Of a stretch of 46,665 nt of DNA, positions 27,924 to 36,746 are shown in pieces. Made by a program: the position numbers and the translations under genes. Within the stretch, counting starts at the first letter, position 1. Every line of letters begins with the position of its first letter. The notes beneath the pieces were generated by a model that was given only the letters and a program-made list of their open reading frames with translations, was not told where the DNA came from and searched no databases. The stretch comes from a virus (taxonomy: Duplodnaviria > Caudoviricetes), in IMG/VR virus record IMGVR_UViG_3300017788_001560, positions 1 through 46,665 of that record, one strand, 5' to 3'.

Positions 27924-29725
27924 GCACATTTGATTATACAAACCGAGACTACGCATCTATTCGTGCCGATCTTTTGAATCGTGCATCTGTAGTTTTCCCG
28001 GAATGGACATCGCGTGATAGTTCAGATTTTGGCATATTGTTTGTTGATCTTGTTTCGTATATGGGTGACATTTTGCATTACTATATAGATCAGGCTGCCA
28101 AAGAGTCTTTTTTAGAAACAGCAACTAGACGTTCATCTTTGTTAGCAATTGCAAGTTTGCTAGATTACGTTCCTCAAGGAAGGACGTCTGCACAAACAAC
28201 AATAACGTTAAATGCAACAAATTCTCTGGCCACGGATGTAGCTCCTATTTTAATTCCAGCAAACACTAAGTTCACAGCCAACCCGCTAGTTAACACTGCT
28301 GAATCCGTTATTTTTACATCTAACCAAGCGATTGCTTTCAACTCTACTGGGACTTCTATTGTTGGGTACACTACTTATGCTAAAACAGTTCCTGCAACGC
28401 TAAGCTTAACTGAAGGGGAATTTTTTACAGAAACGTTTACAAGCAACGGACAGGTCAGTCAAAGATACACATTGTCCAAAACTGGTGTTGTGACTAACTC
28501 ACTTGTGGTGAACGTTGCAGAGGGTGTATTAGGCGCAAATGTTCCTTATTCACAAGTTACACGGTTAATTGAAAACACTAATTCTGACAAAGTTTATGCA
28601 ACAAGTATTCAAGCCGACGATAGCGTTGTTGTTCAATTTGGTAACGGAATTCACGGAAAAATTCCAGCAACCAATGCCGTAGTTACTATTACCTATCGCA
28701 AAAGCCGCGGATCAGCTGGCAACGTTGAAGCAAACGCCGTAACCGCTTTTTATTCGTTGTCAAATGCGTTTGGTCCGACATACGACGGAATTGTAATTAC
28801 ACCAAACACGACTCGTGCATTTGGCGGTTCAAATTCAGAAAGCATTACATCTCTTAAAGCAAACATTCCAACGTCGTTTAGGTCTCAAGATAGAGCAGTG
28901 TCTTTACAGGACTACGAAGATTTGGTTTTGCGAGTTCCAGGAATTGTCAAAACAAAAGCAGAAATAGTCTCTGGGGCAACCGCCAAACAAGGCGTAGTAA
29001 CTAACAAAGCCAAAACATCGTCGGTAGCTACTTTGACAACAAGTGCCGCCCATGGTTTGTCCGTTGGTGAATACGTTGGAGTATTTAACGTTGACGACAC
29101 GTTTGATGGTACGTACGTTGTAGCAAGTACACCTAGTTCTACAACTTTTACTTACGCCCTTGTTTCAGCAAGCGTTGCATCGGCAAGCGTTGCATCAACT
29201 GCAACCTATAAAAATGCGCAGGTTAAGATTTATGCACTAACAGCACAAGACACATACGATGGAACATTAGCCGTTAGCCCCACAACAAGTCCTCTCACCT
29301 TGGACACGACTTATAGGGATTTGATTTATGACTACATTTCTCTTAGAGAAATAGTTGGTGTTAATTCTGTTGTAATTCCTAGTGTTGTTTTAGATCTAGT
29401 AAAAATTACATGCAATGTATCTGTTTTACCAAGCTATATTCAAGACGCGGTAAAAGAAGATGTAGAGGTTGCAATTAAAGCATTGTTTGAGTTTGACGAT
29501 GTGTCATTTGGGCAGACAGTTACACTTGGAACTTTGTATCGTGCCATCTTGGATGTAGACGGTGTTGACTACGTCAGCGTTTCTCGTTTTACTAAAGGAG
29601 CAACTAACGTAATTGACACTGCATCATTGATCCCCGCGGTTGAAGGTGTCCAGGCCGCGGCAAACCAATTGTTGTTGTTATCGGAACTAAGTGTTACAGC
29701 TAGTGGTGGAGTCGCCTCTGTCTAA
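27920..29725 (+). CDS. Baseplate wedge protein, J/gp6-like
   Basis: DYTNRDY, PEWT...SDFG, ESFLETA, FGNG..GKIP, QDRAVSLQDY. Confidence 0.92.
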   Translation: MSTFDYTNRDYASIRADLLNRASVVFPEWTSRDSSDFGILFVDLVSYMGDILHYYIDQAAKESFLETATRRSSLLAIASLLDYVPQGRTSAQTTITLNATNSLATDVAPILIPANTKFTANPLVNTAESVIFTSNQAIAFNSTGTSIVGYTTYAKTVPATLSLTEGEFFTETFTSNGQVSQRYTLSKTGVVTNSLVVNVAEGVLGANVPYSQVTRLIENTNSDKVYATSIQADDSVVVQFGNGIHGKIPATNAVVTITYRKSRGSAGNVEANAVTAFYSLSNAFGPTYDGIVITPNTTRAFGGSNSESITSLKANIPTSFRSQDRAVSLQDYEDLVLRVPGIVKTKAEIVSGATAKQGVVTNKAKTSSVATLTTSAAHGLSVGEYVGVFNVDDTFDGTYVVASTPSSTTFTYALVSASVASASVASTATYKNAQVKIYALTAQDTYDGTLAVSPTTSPLTLDTTYRDLIYDYISLREIVGVNSVVIPSVVLDLVKITCNVSVLPSYIQDAVKEDVEVAIKALFEFDDVSFGQTVTLGTLYRAILDVDGVDYVSVSRFTKGATNVIDTASLIPAVEGVQAAANQLLLLSELSVTASGGVASV

Positions 29726-31365
29726 TGGCATATAAATCTTTTAGGATTCGTCGCGTTGACTTAATTGCAAGTCCTGACGCCAACCCGTTTGGTTCGTATG
29801 TTCGTGGTACAGACACAGATGCTCCAGTTGGACAAACAAGGTTGGATTCAGACAGCTCTTTAAGAGCTGATGGTTTTATTGCACCAGTTGGTGTACTAGA
29901 TGTTGATGCAACGTTTGAAGCAACAGCAACAACACATTCTTCCGTAAGTCTATCGTGGTCTTCATTTTTAATTGAAAATCCCGCAACAAAGGAAGGAGGA
30001 GACACTTCTATTAGAGATGTTGTTGTTGTCTATTCTAAAACAGGTGCTCCTGAAACAGTTGCCGATGGTGTAATTATCAAAGAACAAATTTATACAGACA
30101 CAACTTACGCAGTAACACATACAGGTGTTCCATCAGGAGAGTGGGCTTACTATTCGTTATTTTTACATTGGAACCAAAACGGAACGGGTCCAGCGGGCGT
30201 CAATTGGTACGAAAGAGTTGCGACATTACAAGAGTTAGTGCCTTTTAACCACCACACAACCGATGCTTTGTGGGAACGCATACCATCTCATCATCGCATT
30301 GCCGACATCAACGGAGCCGACACAGATCCAGAAGGTTTATCACGGGGATACCTTTACCGATATTTAGATATCTTTGGATTTGAATTTGACCGAATTAGAA
30401 CATTACTTAATTCGGTAGTTCAACAGTATGACCCAGAAAAAACAGAAACAGAATCTATAGACCAACTGGCTACCATGTTTGGTTTGGAAGTCTCTATTCA
30501 AGATTTAGGAACATCACGAATTAGGCAAATCTTAAAAGACATTGCTTATTATCGCCAACGTAAAGGAACGCTTGAAGCAACAAAACAATATTTGATTGCT
30601 GTAACTGGTTCTGAAGTTGATGTCATTGAATCAACAAGTAGTCCTCGTTACACGTTTAACATACACGCAGAAAAAGCAAACTTAGTAGCGGACTCGTTGT
30701 TTGTAATTGAATCTGCTACTAAAAAATGGGATTTAACAACACAAACTGCTTCTGTTGCTTACACTAAATCCGGTCAGTACATTACGGTCACCAACTCAGG
30801 AAGTTCATCCGCACAGTTTGCGTTGATGTCCACAGTGGCTGTTCCAGTAAAAGACAACACTGATTACTGGTCGTCTATTGAAATCACAACGGCTTCTGCC
30901 GGAAGTATTTGGGGTGCTCAATGGGCATCTGCATCGGCATCATGGTCGGATTGGTCAACCAGTAATCAAAGCGATCAAATCATTCCCGCAAACCTAAGTC
31001 CATCTGGTAGAAAAGTAATATTAGCGCCAACACAAAGCACTACGGCTATGCTGTACCCGGTTCTAATTTTTGGTTTAGCGGCTGGTGTGTCAACAACAAT
31101 AACTGAATGGATGGTTGAACCTAACTCTTACGGCGCGTTTTTTAATGGTGATTCAGATTTTGGTGGATTTGTTTACCAAAACAACTTTGCTGACCACCAA
31201 TGGTCCGGCAGCCAATACGCATCTTATTCAACTTATTCAACTAACAGAAAAAAGACTCAAGAGACTATCGCTGATTTGTTGCCAAAACTATTACCAGTCA
31301 CTATGCTTCTAGATACATCTATAGATAAAACGATTAACTACGATTGGATACCAGGAAAAACGTGA
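29725..31365 (+). CDS. Baseplate wedge/tail protein (P2 gpI-like domain plus beta-rich domains)
   Basis: LYRYLDIFG, LATMFG, YYRQRKGT...AVTG. Confidence 0.75.
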   Translation: MAYKSFRIRRVDLIASPDANPFGSYVRGTDTDAPVGQTRLDSDSSLRADGFIAPVGVLDVDATFEATATTHSSVSLSWSSFLIENPATKEGGDTSIRDVVVVYSKTGAPETVADGVIIKEQIYTDTTYAVTHTGVPSGEWAYYSLFLHWNQNGTGPAGVNWYERVATLQELVPFNHHTTDALWERIPSHHRIADINGADTDPEGLSRGYLYRYLDIFGFEFDRIRTLLNSVVQQYDPEKTETESIDQLATMFGLEVSIQDLGTSRIRQILKDIAYYRQRKGTLEATKQYLIAVTGSEVDVIESTSSPRYTFNIHAEKANLVADSLFVIESATKKWDLTTQTASVAYTKSGQYITVTNSGSSSAQFALMSTVAVPVKDNTDYWSSIEITTASAGSIWGAQWASASASWSDWSTSNQSDQIIPANLSPSGRKVILAPTQSTTAMLYPVLIFGLAAGVSTTITEWMVEPNSYGAFFNGDSDFGGFVYQNNFADHQWSGSQYASYSTYSTNRKKTQETIADLLPKLLPVTMLLDTSIDKTINYDWIPGKT

Positions 31366-31616
31366 ACTATATAATTTGTGCATTAGCCGTTTACAAACTG
31401 TTGCAAGTAATTGATTTACTTTTACCTAAGGAAGCAATGCCTTGGGTTAAAGTTCTAGCGGGAGTCGTAGTTTCTTACGGCGCTTCTTTTGTTGTCGGTG
31501 TAGACAATCTTTGGTTGGGAGGTTTAGTCATTGCTACACTTGCTGGCCTCTGCCATACGGTGCTACGATGTCTGACTTATCTAGGAGATATGGCACATAA
31601 CAAGTCTTTAAAATAG
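31362..31616 (+). CDS. Small multi-TM membrane protein (GTG start)
   Basis: About three hydrophobic helices; GTGA overlap. Confidence 0.65.
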   Translation: MNYIICALAVYKLLQVIDLLLPKEAMPWVKVLAGVVVSYGASFVVGVDNLWLGGLVIATLAGLCHTVLRCLTYLGDMAHNKSLK

Positions 31617-31625
31617 GAGGACAAC

Positions 31626-32252
31626 ATGCAAAAGTCTAGGTACTACCTGATAGCAGGTACAGGTAATGCAAGCGCAAATGTAATTGAAACTGGTTTAAGT
31701 GACGTGGCATTGACCACAAAAGAGTTTGTAGTTCTTTGGACAGGCAAACCCACAGATGGTCAAGGTCGCGTTTACGATTGGCTCATAGAACATTCAGCGT
31801 CATTTACAGTGGTCCATTCTGATAACAAAGTTCATCATCTGGTTGAGGGTGCTGCGAACCGAGTCTTAAAAGTAGACAATCTTATTGAGGACAGTTTGGA
31901 CAGTTATCCAGAAGCCACAGTGCTTGTTTTGTGGGATGAAATGGCTACTTCTGACCAACCGACGCAGTTTGTAGAAGAGGTTGTTCTTATGGCTAATTCA
32001 AAGGGCATGGAGACTTTAGACCTTTGCAACGGTTTAGTCCCACTAACAGTTGGGGAACCAGTAGAGGATAAGCCCGCAGAGGCCTCTAGGAAGCCCCAGG
32101 ATGCGTCAAAAAAGGATGCCCTTCCCCCTACACAGGATGTGGTTTCCAACCTCTCTAATGCGCTCTATACGCTTACATACGTCAAAGATGGGAACTTGGC
32201 ATCTGTTAGCGGGCACAAAGACAAGATAATAGGGTTTCTTAACCTACAGTGA
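31626..32252 (+). CDS. Hypothetical alpha/beta protein
   Basis: AGGAGG SD; N-terminal LIAGTG loop. Confidence 0.75.
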   Translation: MQKSRYYLIAGTGNASANVIETGLSDVALTTKEFVVLWTGKPTDGQGRVYDWLIEHSASFTVVHSDNKVHHLVEGAANRVLKVDNLIEDSLDSYPEATVLVLWDEMATSDQPTQFVEEVVLMANSKGMETLDLCNGLVPLTVGEPVEDKPAEASRKPQDASKKDALPPTQDVVSNLSNALYTLTYVKDGNLASVSGHKDKIIGFLNLQ

Positions 32253-32357
32253 GGGCGCTGGTAAGAAGGGAAACCAACGCCCCCACTATCAAGTAGGCCT
32301 TGCGCAGTTACTAAGTGACTCGCAATGGTAAACGGGAGAAGGGAACCGTTTACTTAC
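32248..32357 (-). ncRNA. Candidate three-hairpin counter-transcribed small RNA
   Basis: Three consecutive stems, two with the identical loop 9-mer (UUCCCUUCU on minus); minus-strand promoter directly upstream. Confidence 0.55.
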
Positions 32358-32361
32358 CAAA

Positions 32362-32391
32362 AGCATAACACGATCTTTAGAGAGGATGCAA
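32362..32391 (-). promoter_or_regulatory. Minus-strand promoter: -35 TTGCAT, 18 bp, TG-n-TATGCT
   Basis: Reverse complement of AGCATAACA (32362-32370) and ATGCAA (32386-32391); overlaps the initiator's SD. Confidence 0.6.
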
Positions 32392-32395
32392 TCAT

Positions 32396-32971
32396 ATGAA
32401 ACAGAAAAGTGCAGGCGAGAACACTAAACTAGGGGGGCCTTGGATTTCCATACCTACTTGGGTTGTTAAGTATATGAAAGGTGATTCAGTGGCATTGCAT
32501 GTACTCACATGTGCCATTGGGTACATGAACACACATGACCAAACTTTGTCTACCACATATGACGTTTTAGCAAGGGATACTGGGTACAACCGTAGGACTG
32601 TGATTAGGGCAATGCATCGCTTGGTTGAGATTGGGGTTATCCGCAAAATTGTAAAGATGGGAAGATACGGAAAGAACATGCCAAATTTGTACGTAATTAC
32701 GTACAATACGGCAGCCGCAGAAGCCTTAATTAATGGGGGTGACTCTGGAGACACTGGGGTATTTAGTAGTGACTCCAGTGACACCCCTGGGGTGACTCCA
32801 GAGACACTCATATTGAGTGACTCCAGTGACACCCAAATAAGAAAGAAAAATAATTATAAGAAGGAAAACCAAAAGAAAAGAAAGGGAACTAAGAGCTTGG
32901 ATCTATACTCAACGGACAGTCGGTGGAACCGACAGTTAAAACTTACCGATGGGAGAAACAGCAATGGTTAA
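32396..32971 (+). CDS. Winged-HTH replication initiator-like protein
   Basis: WISIPTWV, LARDTGYNRRTVIRAMHRLVEIGVI, NLY; internal iterons; upstream of loader and helicase. Confidence 0.75.
   Translation: MKQKSAGENTKLGGPWISIPTWVVKYMKGDSVALHVLTCAIGYMNTHDQTLSTTYDVLARDTGYNRRTVIRAMHRLVEIGVIRKIVKMGRYGKNMPNLYVITYNTAAAEALINGGDSGDTGVFSSDSSDTPGVTPETLILSDSSDTQIRKKNNYKKENQKKRKGTKSLDLYSTDSRWNRQLKLTDGRNSNG
32739..32887 (+). repeat. Putative replication origin: four 16-bp iterons GTGACTCyrGwGACAC plus an A-rich tract
   Basis: Copies at 32739, 32769, 32792 and 32817; A-rich run 32835-32887. Confidence 0.75.
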
Positions 32972-33131
32972 GGGCATGCGGTGGATGTGGGAATACAGCG
33001 AAAAAGAAATGAACGATAAAGGAAAAGAAGTTTTGGTGTACAAGTTATCTTTGACTCCGGTAGAAAATGCAAAAAAGATTAGGGTCATGTACATCGTTGA
33101 TAAAGCCAAAAAGAGCTTGGATAATGATTGA
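32964..33131 (+). CDS. Small hypothetical protein
   Basis: GGAG SD; overlaps both neighbours. Confidence 0.55.
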   Translation: MVKGMRWMWEYSEKEMNDKGKEVLVYKLSLTPVENAKKIRVMYIVDKAKKSLDND

Positions 33132-33522
33132 TGATTGGGGCGGTAAAACATTAGGCGCCGATGAACCTGTTAGTAAGCCACCCGCCAAAAAGAAAAGTTC
33201 AACAACTGGCTTGGTAGCTTACTTTAGAGACGCAACGATCAGTAAAAACATGACATTGAATGCGCCAGTTAACGGCATAGCGTTGATGAAAGTGTTTAAG
33301 AACTTACAAGAAAAAGGCGTGACAATAGAACAAATTTATAAAATGATTGATGTGTTTGCCCACGAGATCAAACAAACACCATTGCCAACAGACGTACCAA
33401 CGTGGAAGGGATTTGCGTCGCGCTTGGATTCCCTAAAGAAAAAAATAGATACACCACTGTCAAAGTACGATTACTCCGAATACACTGTTGACAAGAGACT
33501 GATGAAAGGTACACATGAGTGA
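33124..33522 (+). CDS. Hypothetical helical protein in the replication operon (start moved to ATG 33124)
   Basis: MIDDWGGKTLGAD...; overlaps the loader start. Confidence 0.7.
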   Translation: MIDDWGGKTLGADEPVSKPPAKKKSSTTGLVAYFRDATISKNMTLNAPVNGIALMKVFKNLQEKGVTIEQIYKMIDVFAHEIKQTPLPTDVPTWKGFASRLDSLKKKIDTPLSKYDYSEYTVDKRLMKGTHE

Positions 33523-34165
33523 ATGGCACTCTGCAAAGTATTGGCGCAACAGGCAACCTATAGAGCGTTTAAAAAATGCGCATATACCTAAACGATTTAC
33601 TAAAAAAACTTTAGACGACTACAACACGGATTTGGGAAGTCCTGATGTTGTCACATATGTTCGCCAGTGGTTAACCAACATTGAACACAACAAAGAATGC
33701 GGAGAAGGTCTTTACTTCTTTGGCGGTTCTGGAAGTGGGAAGACACATGTTGCATGTGGGTTGCTTCGTGAGATCGTTTTAAATCACCAACTAAGTGGAT
33801 TCTTTATAACGGCTGAAAAGTTTGTTGAAGCATCGTATGACGAAATGAATCCCGACAATGTTTTATCTGACATGTACTCCGACGAATACATGCTGAAGTA
33901 CATCAACGCCGTGTACGACGTTTTGGTTTTGGACAACCTTGGTTCAGAACGAATGACTGACTTTACAAAAAAGGCAATTACTTCTATGTTGAATAGTCGT
34001 TACGAACAGCAACTAATCACAATCATTACTAGCGAAATTCCATTATCACGTTTAAGTGATATTTACGGACCACGTGTTGCTTCTATTCTTAGCGAGTGTT
34101 GCTGCGTATTGCCTTTCTTAGGAAAGGACTATCGTTTACTGGACCCACACTATGCAGGGGAATGA
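33515..34165 (+). CDS. DnaC/IstB-like AAA+ helicase loader
   Basis: IPKRF, GLYFFGGSGSGKTH, VLVLDNLGSE, TIITS, RVAS, GKDYR. Confidence 0.88.
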   Translation: MSEWHSAKYWRNRQPIERLKNAHIPKRFTKKTLDDYNTDLGSPDVVTYVRQWLTNIEHNKECGEGLYFFGGSGSGKTHVACGLLREIVLNHQLSGFFITAEKFVEASYDEMNPDNVLSDMYSDEYMLKYINAVYDVLVLDNLGSERMTDFTKKAITSMLNSRYEQQLITIITSEIPLSRLSDIYGPRVASILSECCCVLPFLGKDYRLLDPHYAGE

Positions 34166-34592
34166 TTTAGCTTCCTTTTCTCCAATTTCTCAAGCAACAA
34201 TGTTTGAGGGCGTTCTGGCATCAGAGCCGGAAGGGTTGTCCAAGCTTAGGTCACGTGTTGCCCTAACTACTAAAAATTGGGAACAGTACATATCTTTTTG
34301 GAAAGTAAACGAGATACCAGTCAAACATGCAATTGATTTAATCAACAGATATAACGTGGGGATAGTTGTTTATACGCTGTTGCCCGACTATCTTGTTGAC
34401 AGCATTGAAAAATGGTTAATCAGAAAAGGGATATCAACAGTAGTAACGTCGTATAAATCAATTGAGGAGTTAGCATACGACCTCAGGTTTTTTCCGTCAA
34501 TACAGAAGGTGTACACAGCAAATGAGGAGCACGCAAAGATTATTGGATTTAGATCCACGGTGGTTACACCCAAGACTGCGTGGTCTGCATAA
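34152..34592 (+). CDS. Hypothetical protein, possibly a degenerate HAD fold
   Basis: FEGVL motif where HAD enzymes have DxDGVL. Confidence 0.55.
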   Translation: MQGNDLASFSPISQATMFEGVLASEPEGLSKLRSRVALTTKNWEQYISFWKVNEIPVKHAIDLINRYNVGIVVYTLLPDYLVDSIEKWLIRKGISTVVTSYKSIEELAYDLRFFPSIQKVYTANEEHAKIIGFRSTVVTPKTAWSA

Positions 34593-35851
34593 TGGCTAGT
34601 GCAGAACATCTCTTAATAAGCAAGGTAATTCAAACTAAAGACTTATCAGTTGCTCTAAAAGCTGGAATAAAAGAAGATCACTTCACAGCAGAGTGGTCCA
34701 AGGTTTGGTCATGGTTAATTATCTTTTGGCGAGACCACGGCGAAGTTCCATCCAAGCGAGCGCTCAGTCAAGAGTTTGGAGACATTCGTTTAATTACCGC
34801 CGAAGACGAACCATTCACGGCGCTCATTGATGAAGTTTATGAGGCGTATCGTCACCGTAATTTGCTTGAAGCTATGGCGCTTGCGATGCCCTCTTTGGAA
34901 GCTGGTGACACCGCTAAAGCGTTGTTAGACCTTGCTAATGGTTTGCAAAAAGCATCTGCAGAGACAGCACGATTGCGTGACATCAACTTGATTGAAACCT
35001 GGGAATCACGAGTTGACAAATACAAAGAATTACAAAACACACCAAACGCATTGCGTGGCATCCCAACTGGTTTGCTCGGCTTGGACAGAATCACATCTGG
35101 GTTTAGGCCACAGCAACTTATTACGTTTGTAGGTGAAGCCAAAAAGGGTAAGTCATTGATGACGCTCATCATGGCAAATGCCGCCCACCTTCACGGCAAG
35201 TCACCGTTATTTGTTTCGTTTGAAATGTCCGCTGAAGAACAAGCAGCACGATACGACGCAATTGTTTCTAAGGTTGCTTACACGAACATCTTGCGTGGCT
35301 CGCTGACTGACAACGAGTTGGAAAAGATTGCAAGCACTTTGCGTATGCGAAAAAACATGCACCCATTTGTGGTCACAGAAGATACATCTTCGCTAACAAC
35401 AGTCAGTGCACTTGCTGCAAAGGTAAAAGAATTTAAACCCGACATCTTGTTTGTAGACGGTGTGTACTTAATGGACGACGAGAACGGTGAGCCTAAAGGT
35501 TCGCCACAAGCGCTCACCAACATCACTAGGTCTCTAAAACGTTTGGCACAGAACGCAGACATTCCAGTCATTGGAACCACTCAGGTTCTGTCATGGAAGC
35601 TTGGTAACAAGAAGTCTCGCAAAATCACTGCTGACTCAATTGGCTACACATCATCTTTTGCCCAAGACTCAGACCTTATTGTTGGCGTGGAGTCAGATCC
35701 TGATATTGATAATCAGTCAATTATCCGTGTCGTTCTTGCTCGTTCTGCACCATTAGGTGAGATTCGTATTAACTGGGATTGGAAGAACATGGACTTCACA
35801 GAAGTAGGAGAGGACGATGACGATGACGACAGCGATTCATGGTACTACTGA
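34592..35851 (+). CDS. dnaB: DnaB-like replicative helicase (start moved to ATG 34592)
   Basis: GIPTG...LD..TSGF, GEAKKGKS, SFEMS, LFVDG, LKRLA, QDSD. Confidence 0.93.
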   Translation: MASAEHLLISKVIQTKDLSVALKAGIKEDHFTAEWSKVWSWLIIFWRDHGEVPSKRALSQEFGDIRLITAEDEPFTALIDEVYEAYRHRNLLEAMALAMPSLEAGDTAKALLDLANGLQKASAETARLRDINLIETWESRVDKYKELQNTPNALRGIPTGLLGLDRITSGFRPQQLITFVGEAKKGKSLMTLIMANAAHLHGKSPLFVSFEMSAEEQAARYDAIVSKVAYTNILRGSLTDNELEKIASTLRMRKNMHPFVVTEDTSSLTTVSALAAKVKEFKPDILFVDGVYLMDDENGEPKGSPQALTNITRSLKRLAQNADIPVIGTTQVLSWKLGNKKSRKITADSIGYTSSFAQDSDLIVGVESDPDIDNQSIIRVVLARSAPLGEIRINWDWKNMDFTEVGEDDDDDDSDSWYY

Positions 35852-36746
35852 TATTGCAGATGTTTTAAAAAGCCTAGGTGTTGATGTCGTCCGCGTTGGC
35901 GACACAGAAATTTCCGCTAGGTGTCCGGTACACCTAAACAGAACTGGTAAGGCTGATAGATCCCCGTCATGGTCTATGAATGCTTCCAATGGTTTATGGA
36001 TCTGTTATTCATGCGGTGCTAAAGGAACATTGTCTCATTTAGTTTCTGAGTTAACAGGTGAGTCTGACTCCATTGTTGCTGTGCATGAATTTTTAATTAA
36101 CAATGGTCTTACCAGATTAACTAACCCAGTAGAAGTAGAACCTCAACAGCCAGTTGTGGATTGGATGGCGTTTAGTAAGTTTGCCGTTCCTTCAGATGAG
36201 TTGTTGGCAAGTAGGAATTTAGATAGAGATGCCGTTCGTAGGTATGGTATCCGATGGGATACCTCTTCAAGAGCGTGGGTTATTCCTATCGTGTCACCCT
36301 TTGGAGAACTTCTAGGTTGGCAATCCAAATCTAAAACTAAAGTTTTGAATTATCCAATAGGGGTCTCTAAATCAAGCACGTTGTTTGGGCTTGACAAAGC
36401 AGATTGCGATACTTGCGTTTTGGTTGAGTCCCCACTTGACGTTGTTCGTTTACACACCGCAATGGGTGGGTGTTGTGGACTAGCCTCATTTGGCGCCCAT
36501 ATAAGCAAGACACAAATTTCATTGCTTGCTAATCATGTAAGCAAGTTGATTGTTGCATTAGACAACGATTCAGCAGGGATAGCAGCGGCGCAAAAATTAA
36601 AAGAAAAATTGCCTGCGTTCAGAACTCCAGTATTGTGGGCAAAGTATTCTCATACAGACGCAAAAGACATTGGTGACATGACAGACACAGAGGTTTACGA
36701 ATCAATATCTAAAGCATCAGTATTCCCATGGTGGTTGCATGTTTAA
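35817..36746 (+). CDS. dnaG: DNA primase (CHC2 zinc finger plus TOPRIM)
   Basis: CPVH...CYSCGAKG; VESPLD; ALDNDSAG; KDIGD. Confidence 0.93.
   Translation: MTMTTAIHGTTDIADVLKSLGVDVVRVGDTEISARCPVHLNRTGKADRSPSWSMNASNGLWICYSCGAKGTLSHLVSELTGESDSIVAVHEFLINNGLTRLTNPVEVEPQQPVVDWMAFSKFAVPSDELLASRNLDRDAVRRYGIRWDTSSRAWVIPIVSPFGELLGWQSKSKTKVLNYPIGVSKSSTLFGLDKADCDTCVLVESPLDVVRLHTAMGGCCGLASFGAHISKTQISLLANHVSKLIVALDNDSAGIAAAQKLKEKLPAFRTPVLWAKYSHTDAKDIGDMTDTEVYESISKASVFPWWLHV

Noticed and set aside
32248-32357. Hairpin cluster as a tRNA or simple terminator
   Set aside because: No acceptor stem, T-loop or CCA; no U-tract after the stems on the + strand
32739-32832. Repeats as a mini-CRISPR array
   Set aside because: 16-bp units with 7-14 bp gaps inside a CDS fit iterons, not CRISPR
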